A stretch of 64,000 nt of DNA, from the NCBI GenBank assembly GCA_965153285.1, contig OZ229113.1; one strand, given 5' to 3'. The notes beneath the pieces were generated by a model. That model did no database searches, had not been told where the DNA came from, and saw only the letters and a list, made by a program, of their open reading frames with translations. The position numbers and the translations under genes were made by a program. Shown here in pieces: positions 39,419-49,997 of this stretch; within the stretch, counting starts at the first letter, position 1; every line of letters starts with the position of its first letter. This DNA comes from Podarcis tiliguerta. Its lineage: Eukaryota.

Positions 39419-40911
39419 TACTAGGTTCCAGGCAAGGAACCAGAGTTGTTGTAGCTGTATTCCCACTTAACAAAAAACAGGTACAAAGCCAGAAGGGCTA
39501 TGGGCATAAACATAGTGGGTTACTTACAAATAGCCATATTTATGTTCAAATCCTGTGAGCATTAATGGGGTGGGATTGTCATTGTTCTCTAAAGTAGGCA
39601 ACTAGCACCACACCGGGTGGCGGGGAGAAGTTAGGCATGTGAAACCATCTCTGGATTGCGTTCATAAGCTTTCAGGTGGTTAATATTGTGCCTAATGTTG
39701 GTGGAAATAGAATTTGGCTATTTTTAATGCTAGGACAGAGCTACTATTGAACAGCAAACTATCCTGTCTATTAGAAGTTGCAGTTACTCTTAACAAACAT
39801 CATAATATACAGGAATAGCTGTGCCTTTGGCATAGTTTAGAGACAACATGTTTCATTATGTTCAGCCTTCATTTTATTTATTGTTTGCTGCTTAATGTTT
39901 ATTCTAGGCCCTGTACAGAGTTTAAGCAACAGAAAAGTTCTTTGCCTGTGGCTCACAATCACAACCTCTGTGACTTTCAGGCAGAGGTGAGAGGTGTCAT
40001 TAGTATGTGAACATCCATCATTATTTTACAGTAGGATATAGTTAATCAATGCATAGTGAGATAATGATTAATAAGGGATAATGCCCCGTTGGAATTGTTA
40101 AAAACCCAATCAATTTTTTATCATTCTCTAGGTATGGTCACGTAGAAACTATTAGACACTGTGTAAGACAATTTGTGAAGGTGCAGAAAGTCCAGCTCCA
40201 GTAGACCTCATTGTAATTAGTAAAGTGAAAACTTCCAACTCATCAGCATAAGTCAAGGTCCTTAGTGCTATTGCTTTATATCTTTCCAGAAATCTCTAGT
40301 CATTTGGCATCCAGCTTGCTTTAGCTGTAGCCTCTGCTAAGACTTTCAACATACCTGGAGGGTTCTTAGAGCTATTTCTGACAATACTGATGGAATCATT
40401 CCGACATTAGTCAGATTATTCTTACAAGAAAAGCAAAAATGTTACCCACAACTTGTCTCATTTTCTCAGCATCACTCCCCCGTATGCTGTCATGTGAGTA
40501 GCAAGTGTCTGTTTTGCCTGGAGAAAAAGTTTGTTGAAAGCAGATACTGTAAACCTGCATTCCTTGCAGAGAGGCTGTACACCTCTCTTGAACATGATCT
40601 AGCTGTAAAAATAGAAGCAACTCTTTACTGCACAAACCGCAGAACAATAAAAATATCCAGCAAGGCTCTCTACCTTTGTTCTGCCTGGCTGGAGTTTATA
40701 GGCCCATTGGGTTGCATCTTAGCTCTTTATGGAACTTGCCATTACTATGTTCTCTGTACCAATTCTTGGTTTATTGTATATGCCATTTAGTGTATGTCTG
40801 TGTGTGTTAGAGAGATCCTCCGCTATGCCTCTGAATAATTATGCATTAAGGGAACTTACACTTACTGAATTTTTTACAGCGTTTATCAGCTGCAGATTCC
40901 AATTCCCTAAT

Positions 40912-41357
40912 TTGTTGTTTAGTTGTTTAGTCGTGTCCGACTCTTCGTGACCCCATGGACCAGAGCACGCCAGGCACTCCTGTCTTCCACTGCCTCCCGC
41001 AGCTTGGTCAAACTCATGCTGGTAGCTTCGAGAACACTGTCCAACCATCTTGTCCTCTGTCGTCCCCTTCTCCTTATGCCCTCAATCTTTCCCAACATCA
41101 GGGTCTTTTCCAGGGAGTCTTCTCTTCTCATGAGGTGGCCAAAGTACTAGAGCCTCAGCTTCAGGATCTGTCATACCAGTGAGCACTCAAGGCTGATTCC
41201 CTTCAGAATGGAGAGGTTTGATCTTCTTGCAGTCCATGGGACTCTCAAGAGTCTCCTCCAGCACCATAATTCAAAAGCATCAATTCTTCGGCGTTCTTTA
41301 TGGTCCAGCTCTCACTTCCATACATCACTATTGGGAACACTAAAGCTTTAACTATAG
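40912..41357 (-). mobile_element. BovB (RTE) LINE 3' fragment
   Basis: encodes DSLEKTLMLGKIEG.RRRGRQR.RWLD...AWRALVHGVTKSRTRL, the BovB C-terminus; (CAA) tail. Confidence 0.92.
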
Positions 41358-41535
41358 GCATGGATAGGAAACCTAGTTCTATAATGTAAAGCTCCCTTAC
41401 TGCCCTGTCCTATAGTCCTCCTGTCTCTGAAGCTCTTTTACACCTGGACTTTTACTCTTCAAGCTGCCTTCCCAATAAATGCCAGGACAAACATGTGATT
41501 GGCCAAATTTTGGCCAGTCTATCATTTCTACTATA

Positions 41536-41764
41536 CAGTGGTACCTCCGGTTGCGAACAGGATCCGTTCCAGAGTCCTGTTCGCAACGTGAAAAGCCTGC
41601 AACCTGAAGTGCCATATCTGCATGTGTGCATGGCGTGATTTAGCGCTACTGTCCATGCGCAAGCAGCAAAACCCGGAAGTAACCCTTTCTGGTACTTCTG
41701 GGTCACCGCGGGATGCAACCTGAAAAAACGTAACATGAAGCGGATGTAACATGAGGTATGACTG
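41536..41764. mobile_element. Tc1/mariner-type MITE
   Basis: TA|CAGTGGTACCTC ... GAGGTATGACTG|TA. Confidence 0.85.
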
Positions 41765-42054
41765 TATTTTGATTGTTGCCATCCAACTGCTACAGCTTAT
41801 CAGCAAAGCATACAGTTTCCCTAAATGAGTCACATTTGTCCTGTTTCTTGACACCACACTCCGTTTGCATTTTCCCAGTGGGTCTGTTCCCACCCTCAGA
41901 CATTTTCTGCCCTCATCAACAGCTACTTTCTCCCACTGCAGTCAACTTCATTTATAGCTCACCCCTTGCCTTGTGGGTTACACACAGCTCAATATAATTA
42001 AACCACGTACTACATAAATATTAAATGGCAGGGATAGTCTCATCTTCCACTGCT

Positions 42055-42397
42055 AAGGTAAAGGGACCCCTGACCGTTAGGTCCAGTCGTGACTGACTGG
42101 GGTCACGGTGCTCATCTCGCTTTATTGGCCGAGGGAGCCAGCGTACAGCTTCCAGGTCATGTGGCCAGCATGACTAAGCCGCTTCTGGCGAACCAGAGCA
42201 GCGCACGGAAACGCCATTTACCTTCCCACTGGAGCGGTACCTATTTATCTACTTGTACTTCATGCTTTCGAACTGCTAGGTGGGCAGGAGCAGGGACCGA
42301 GCAACGGGCACTCACCCCATCGCAGGGATTCAAACCGCAGACCTTCTGACCGGCAAGCCCAAGAGGCTCAGTGGTTTAACCCACAGTGCCACCCGCG
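42055..42397 (-). mobile_element. Sauria SINE
   Basis: same subfamily as 38273-38620. Confidence 0.9.
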
Positions 42398-44124
42398 CTT
42401 GATCTGGCAGTGAAATGTATAAAATAAAATTATATGGCCAGGTGCACCTCAGAGGAGAGGGCATTTCACAACCTAGGAGCCACCACAGGTAAGGCCCTTT
42501 CATGCACTGCTGCCCCATGAACAGAGGACAACAGAACTGTCAACAGGACGTCCCATGCAGATGTCAGCAGTTGGGCATTTCTATATGGGAAGAGATGCTC
42601 CTTCAGATATTTGGGACCCAAGCTGACTGGGCTTTTTATGTCAATGTAGGCACTAGAACTGGTTGTGATGCTGACATAAATCCATGGATTTTATTGTATC
42701 ATTATTTTTTTAAATCTTTTTAAATAAAATACTTAATTAAAAAAAAACATTTAAATTTAGCACACACTGTTTCTTTAAGATAAAAGCAGTCACCAAGTGG
42801 TGAGTCCAAATCGGATTGAGCTATGTAGCTGGTAGATGAATGGAAATCTTTCCTGTCCTCACATTTCCCTGTTCAAAATTATCCCTCTCCTTCCACTGCT
42901 ACTAGCTCATGTGCTATTAGGAGAAAACGCAGACACAGCCCAGGTACCTGTCTGTCCATCCACACTCTGCTGTGGTTTAGGATGTGGTTTGGGACAAAGT
43001 ATCTGTAGATGGAGAACAAGTTGATTTCCCCTTTGCCCCCTTCCATTTCTCCACTCTCCTGAAGTGGCTTTTCATTCTTAAAAATGGTGTTGGGGTACAG
43101 TCACATGTATTTGCATGCAGTGTGTACTTAACTCCTTTCCCTATTTCTTTTTGAGATGAGTCCACTTTGGATCTCACTGTTTCTTCCTGCTCTTTGACCG
43201 CCATGGAGTCCTCTTTCAGTGTGACATGTACAGCTATACCTAGCAGGTTCATTCCAGTCTAAACACCCATAACATAAAGATGGTCAAAGATATTGCAATT
43301 GATTTGTATGCTGTCTGTGCAAAAGATTAGGCTTTCTGGATGATGTATTCGTCACAAATGAATCAGCTTTTCCATATGTGTTTTCCCTCTGTTATTATTG
43401 CAATTTAAAACAAATGCTTTTAAACTGCTGTTAAATTTAAATTATTCCATCTAAGTATTGCTTTCTAGTTTTCCATCTCAGCAGACACTGTTCCATTTGA
43501 ATAGCAAAATGGACACTGAATCAGGGTAGTTAGAGACAGAAAAGCCCTATTAGGCTAGAGTCCATCACCCAGTAAGTGCAGGATGTAATACCTTGACAGA
43601 GGCCATATCAGATATTAAATTGATAGAGTACATAAGCGCTCCACATTAACTGCAATTATAAAGAAAGAGGACAGCCAGGGAGTGAAATGTTCATTGGAAT
43701 AATAGTTTAGTAATCCTGAAAGCAAGAGGCAATATCCAGCAGATTAGTACATGAAAGAGTCTATAAAATATAGTAGAGATGGGCAACTCTTTTATATATA
43801 TATGCATTTCCAGTATAAACTCCAATATATGTCACCTTATTTAAGCATCATTTCTATAAAAATGGTAGATGACTCCCAGGTTGTGATCTTGCCACCTTAC
43901 CAAGCAGGTCTGAGCTTGGTTAATGACTGCCTGGCTACCACATGTACACTGCCTTGGGCTCCATAATGGAAGAAAGGTGGTGTGTGTGTGTAGCCATTCT
44001 CACTGCTACATACATTGTGTAGTCAAATATATAGCAAGCATATAATTTGTTTTGTCTAGAGTGCTCTTTGTTCTCAATTTTTTAACTGATGGTTTTAAGG
44101 AGGGAGCATTCAGTGAATATGCTG

Positions 44125-44264
44125 CAGGGGTAGCCAGTATGGTGTCATCCAGATATTTGTGGGACTACCAGCTCCCATCATCCGTACCTAATAGGTATGC
44201 TAGCTGGGGCTGATGGGAGTTTCAGTCCAACCACAGCTGGAGGGGAACCACATTGGCTATGCTG
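44125..44264. mobile_element. Palindromic hAT-type MITE
   Basis: CAGGGGTAGCCA...TGGCTATGCTG ends; GGACTACCAGCTCCCATCA core. Confidence 0.7.
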
Positions 44265-45813
44265 GATTAAAGGTTGAGAATGGCTGGTCTAGCCATTGGA
44301 CGTGAATTTTGTGTTGATAGTGCTGCAGGTTACAAAAAAAAAAAACCATTATAGTAAAGAGTGTTGTCAAAAATATTTCTGTAATGCAGGGGAGTTGTCA
44401 GTTTTCCCGAGAAACTGCGGTGACTTCCTTGCTGAAAGGTTTTGAATTTCAGCATTCTGTAGCTGCAGTGGCTATCATAAATTTGGATATTGAGCTGGGG
44501 AGCTGCAGCTACCTTGGAGATAATTGATTTCCTCCCTGAAGTAATTTAGTAGTGTTCACTTCAGAGAACATCTTTCTGATTATTGACTCTGTATTATTAG
44601 TCGTTTGCAAAATTATTGCTATAGCTACGAAAGAACGTCACAGTTCTCTCCAACTTTGGCACCTTTCCTTGGGGTTTGCTTTTTCTGCCAAGCTGGCTTT
44701 AATAATCTTGTGCTTGCAAAGAGAAGCTGGTCTCTCTTTCTCTCCACACTCCCCACCTCAGAGAAGTAGGAATTCTGGCATCTTGGTTCTTTTGTGAGCC
44801 CATGCATTGATCTTAGAACTACTACCATCTCATGTAAAAAGTGCTTTGAAAGAGTCAATGCCAGTTATCTTTTTGGAGTAATCACCTTCCAGCAAAGCAA
44901 GGAATATTTACCATTGACTCCAAAATGTAAAAGGTTGCTTGCGCCCTTGTGGACAAGTCACTTACTCTATGTAGTGTGTATGCATTTCCACCTGTGAATA
45001 AATTCTCAAGACCTCCATTAAAAAAAATATCTTATAGGCAGAAAGTCTGGGACAGGTACATAATCCTGCCAGCAACAATACCCAACATGGAGCCATTCCC
45101 CCTGCCTTGCAAGCTTAGCACCCTATGTTAGGAGGCCACTGCTTGACAAGGGCAAACCCTCCTTCCCAGTCTTTAGCAACCTAGACCACCTCTGTGCACA
45201 GCTTACTCTTCACCATCAGCAGGCAGCTGGGCCTGATACAGAAGACAAGCTGAGACCTAGTAAGTCACACTAATTCCAGTGCTAATCTAGTACAGTACAT
45301 AAATCTAGCAGTCCTAAGGGCTTGATTGACATCCTGCATTTGACTGAAAGTCTGAAACAAAAACCAAGGATTGTCAGGCATAGGGGGACTGTTTTCAACT
45401 TAATAGGTCCCAAGTTGGGTTGGCCCAGTGACAGATGCTGGAAGTATCCCATCTCTGCTTAGGGCTGGCTGAAGACATTTTACCACCTGAGGCAACTGTT
45501 GGTTGCAAAATGAGTGCTGCATGTAAATCAGGTTCCATGGAAGGTCACAAAGAATACTGGGTGCACTAATGGGAGTGCTGTATTAGCTGTACTGGTGTGC
45601 CTGCACAGCTCTTACCTTGCCCATTCCAGGAAGTGACAGTGATGTCACTGCTAGAAGGTTATTGCTGCAACTTCACCCCACCAGCTGAGGGCTTGAGGAA
45701 AGAACAGAGCAGGGTTGGTGAGGGGTGTGGCCTGGAGAAAATTCTGAGGGTTGGCTGGAGATGCCTGGAGGGCTTTATTAGACCCGTGGGGTGGAGGTTT
45801 CCCACCCCGTCTT

Positions 45814-45972
45814 ATAGAATCAGAATTGTAGAGCTGGAAGGACCACAAAGGTTATCTAGTTCAACCTCCTGCAATGCAGGAATCTTGTCCTATGTGGGAC
45901 CCGAACCCACAACCCGAACCCACAACCCACAACCCTGAGATTAAGAGACTCATGTTCTACCAACTGAGCTAT
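45814..45972 (-). mobile_element. tRNA-Lys(CTT)-derived SINE with CR1-like 3' tail
   Basis: - strand TAGCTCAGTTGGTAGAACATGAGTCTCTTAATCTCAGGG head; GAACTAGATAACC...TTCCAGCTCTAC...ATTCTAT tail. Confidence 0.75.
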
Positions 45973-46536
45973 ATAAACAACTCCTTGGGTGCCATTTTAC
46001 CTCCTTCCCATCTTGAAACTTAGCCACTGATCTTTCTGAGCTTTGCAGACCTTTCTTGTGACTTACCAGATCAAGCACAGCTCCTCATCTACATCTGCCA
46101 ACCTCAGAGGCACAATGAATTTCCTGGGTTTGAAAGAGGGAAACAAAAGGACTGTCAAGCAACTGTCAGGCATAATGCTTTGAGGGTCCTTAATTGTGCT
46201 GGCCCAGCCTCACAGATAAGATATTGTGAGTTCTGGGTTCTCTTTGAAGATTTGTGCCAAAAAGAGTGGGAAAGACTACCCTGTTCCAAACTGAGATGAG
46301 CCCATCACAGCATGGAAGGAAACTGAAGTTGAAATCAGACTTCTAGCATTTTTATTGAATAGTCACCCTCTGTTCTAAAGCTACATATTTGGGTGTGACC
46401 TGTACAGCCTTCTCATTCTGTTTCTCCAGTAGAAGAGAGTTGGGTGCTGAACGGCTTCAGTACTTCCTGTTTCTGACAGTTCTCAAATTTTTCTCCTAAT
46501 AAAATTAAACATTTTCCTTGTTGCATCTTAAGGCCA

Positions 46537-46830
46537 TTACAGCTTGCTTAGTGCTTGTGCACTAATGTGAATAATTGGCCCATGTCTTTGGTGTAGCAGC
46601 ACTTTGCATATTTGAAGACGATAATGCCTCCCTTCTGTCTTCTTTCCCCTTCGAATGATGAGGCTCCAGTCCCTTAAGCTTCCTTCAGAGCTGTTATTTA
46701 CTGACTCCATCATCATTTCTGTTGCTCTCATCTGAACTCGCTTTAGCTTTTTTCTCTCTCCTCTAAAATGTGGTGCCCCACATGGCATGCAGCTCTCCAA
46801 ATGAGGCCTGCTGGTGCCAAGTCAAATACA
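46537..46830 (-). mobile_element. CR1 LINE RT-region fragment
   Basis: APHF...KLKRVQMRATEMM resembles CR1 ORF2 APHFKKDxxKLERVQRRATKM. Confidence 0.75.
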
Positions 46831-47210
46831 AAAAGCCAAAGTCCATTCCAAGCTGTACAGGCTCATTGCCAAATGCAGCAGAATAATTACCTCCCTTGTT
46901 TGTTTGTTTTTAACATGTGATACTACTATTAAGGCAAACCACTGTCATATTGTACTGTTGGCCCTTATTCATTTTATCTATTCTTTCTCTTTATCAGTGG
47001 ATATAATCACTCCAACTTACTTTAAGAAAAAAGCAGCCATCTAACCATTGATTCTGTCTGCTGTTGGAATGTCCAGTGGGTTACTAGGTATTATGAGGTT
47101 GTGCATATGAGGTTATTTGTCACCAGGATGATTGTGTGGTGGTGATTTTATTTTATATATTTATAGTTCACCTTGACAGAACCTTCACAATGTGACTTAA
47201 AACACATACA

Positions 47211-47253
47211 GTTGCCCAGAGTGGCTGGGGAAACTCAGCCAGATGGACGGGGT

Positions 47254-47290
<37 letters not shown>
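47211..47290 (+). mobile_element. Extremely 5'-truncated L2 insertion with (AAT)n tail
   Basis: gcccagagtggctggggaaactcagccagatgg matches the tail at ~8604-8640. Confidence 0.75.
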
Positions 47291-47291
<1 letters not shown>

Positions 47292-49852
47292 AGAACACCA
47301 ATTAAAAACAATTAAGTTGAAAACAATTCTTAAAAACCAAATAGCAGGATCTACAATATATCAAACCTGTATTATCTTAAAAAAAGAAAAGAACAACAGC
47401 TATCATCACCATTTGCTTTATTCACAGAAGTGGCTCAGAGCAATGCACAATGCAAAAATAAAGACTAAAATCCCCAATAAAAGCATGAATAAAAGAACCG
47501 CCAATCCTCATCCATCAAATGTATATAAAAGGGCAGACCCAACTCAACTCTCCTCACTAAAAAGAAGAGCAGAAGGACAGAAACATACCTAAATGCCTTT
47601 AAATTCCACTTGAAAGAAACCAATCCAGATTAGCAGGTTTTTCCAGTCTAATCTATTTGCCCTCATTTATCCCAGAACTGCCTCAAGACACTAGCTCAGG
47701 ATTTCAGCTGCCTCCCTGAGATTAGTAGATGGAACATAGAGTTGTGTGTCATCCACATACTGGTGACACCTCAGTCCAAACCTCTAGCTGACCTCACTTA
47801 GTGGTTCCATGTAGATGCTAAAGCAGTTCAAGATGTTAAACATCTTCCAACTGCTATCTCATTTAGCATACATAATTGAGACCTTAGTTCCAGTTTGATA
47901 TTCCCAGAGCCAATCTCCTGTTAGCCAGTCTTTGACTTGGTTTTCATCACTTGGGAACATCTAATCACTTTGCCTAATCACTAAGAGTTTAAATCTTAAA
48001 CTGGAGGAGGGTTTGGAACCAGAGGGCTCTTGCTTTCTGTTTGTTTGCGTCTATGCTGCTTGGAAGACACACACTGAGCTGCAGCTGTTAAGTGCAATGA
48101 GGAAGGAAGTTAAACGAATCTGCAGGACAGGGAGAATAATAGAGAATTTGTAGAACTGAATTGCATGTTATGTAAAAGCACTGTAAATAAAGAACATTTC
48201 TTATATTCATAAATTGATGTCTTGCTTATATAGGTTCATCCTCAGCACAGAAACTTTGCATTGGTGGTAAAGCCCTTGTAAGCAATCAACATGCCTAGGA
48301 TTGAACTCTAAGGCATTTTTAAAACGCCTAAACTATTATGGAAGATTTTTCCTCCCCTGTGCAGACTTCTGGCTCAATTTCCAGAGTCTTGTGTGTGCTG
48401 CTACATTGTTTCATTGTCTTCCTTATATCTCTTACAACAAGCAGAGCAAAAGATTTCTCTGAAGATTGATGCCTGCAATTAACTGAATTACTTCAACAGG
48501 GTGTAGCTACAACAGATTGAAAATGGGGCCAGCCACTGTGCCAGTGGCTGGCTGATGATCCTGCTGTGCCAATAGTGGGAGAGAGAAAAAATATTTGCCA
48601 GCTCTCAGTGAAGGAGTTCCTGCTGTGACAGCAGATCTCGCTTGTGTGCTTGATTTAATGTCCCCAATTACCATATCTCTGTAATTATGATCCGTGTCTG
48701 ATGAGGATGGTGGAACCTTTAAGGCCTTGAGCAGAGGATCTCAGAGTCTTATAAGGATATAATGTCTTCCATTGATCTTCCTGCTTTAATGTTTCATCAA
48801 CTCTGCAACCAATTGATCATTCCTTGAATAAAAACTGTAGCATTACTGTATGCCAACACTTGTGATTCATTTTCACTTAGCTAATCAAAATGTTGTTCCA
48901 CAAGACCCTGATGATGTTCAAGATGCTTTGTAGGAGGTATTGCCTGAATCCAAACTGGCTGCCTCAGATGGCATATTTCTTGAAGCCTTATCAAAATATA
49001 AGACATGAGTTATTAATCATACTTTCTTCTCTGGAAAGGCTCTCAGGTGGTCCACTGAGCTGTCTCACTGCTGTTTTTGCCACTTAATAAGAAATCTTAT
49101 TTAATGCTTTTTGTAGGAAAAGATAGCTAACACATAAGGATCTCTATCACATACAAATATACAGTGCTAGTAATCTTTGTGAAATCAAGAAAAGGTTCTG
49201 AGCAAATCCCATTGCAACCATTTTACGTTGTTACCCTGATTCAGCAAAAGTTACTCTTAAGCTGGCATGAGCTTTAACCAAGGTTCATCCTTGGCTCTAC
49301 AGCTCATGGTTTGTCTGGAGGAGACAGACCATGAGCTTGGGTTCAGCCAACATGTTAAGCTGAACCATAGCTTAGCTCACAGCAGCAGGACTGAAACCAA
49401 ACCAGCAGCCACAATCTTCCCTCCAGAATCTGCCATGCTTGTCCATATGCATGAAGTCATGGTTTGGCTTAACAGTGCATGCAGACCACCTCTGTGTGCA
49501 GAAGTTGATGAAAATACACATCTGGGTCTACATTTGATATTGTTGTAGAATAATGAGGTTGGGACAGAAGAGGGTTGATGGAGCCAAAGGACTATTTGAA
49601 GTTTTGTCAAACCTGCTGACCAGGCTCTGAGAGCTTAAGGTTATATGATTGCTGTTTGAGACAGGACCATCTTGGATGGACTGTCTTGGAAAGTTCTGAA
49701 TAAGAAAAAGCTGATCCGAGAAGAGAACAGCCTTTCCCCCACCCCTAGCCAAGGTTGTTTTAATATAGGTATGGCTCTTTTCACACACACATCACTAGAT
49801 TAAAACGCATTTAGCTGGAGGATTGTGGTTTTACTTGGAGACTGACAGAGAC

Positions 49853-49997
49853 GCACTCAGTAGAGCATGAGGCTCTTCATCTCAGGGTCATGGGTTGATA
49901 CCTCATGCTGGGGGGAAAGATACCTCCATTGCCAGAGGTAGACTAGATGACCCTTATGTTCCATGCCAACTCTACACTTCTGTGATTCCATGATTCT
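49853..49997 (+). mobile_element. tRNA-Lys-derived SINE with CR1-like tail
   Basis: GTAGAGCATGAGGCTCTTCATCTCAGGGTC head; GACTAGATGACC...GATTCCATGATTCTA tail. Confidence 0.7.

Noticed and set aside
40290-40340. WHPACFSCSLC, resembling a LIM-domain motif
   Set aside because: Followed at once by a stop, lacks the other zinc ligands, and lies in an alternative frame of the putative fossil exon; probably chance
40355-40420. 66-nt open - strand segment with AG/GT borders (NNLTNVGMIPSVLSEIALRTLQ)
   Set aside because: No convincing partner exons on that strand, and it overlaps a better supported + strand island
40839-41182. Cluster of overlapping ORFs, repeated at 57162-57492
   Set aside because: All derive from BovB 3' fragments, not host genes
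42977-43252. 91-aa - strand ORF in unique sequence
   Set aside because: No recognisable homology or supporting neighbours; length is within chance range
45900-45972. Possible tRNA-Lys gene
   Set aside because: T arm disrupted by a tandem expansion and fused to a LINE-like tail; it is a SINE head
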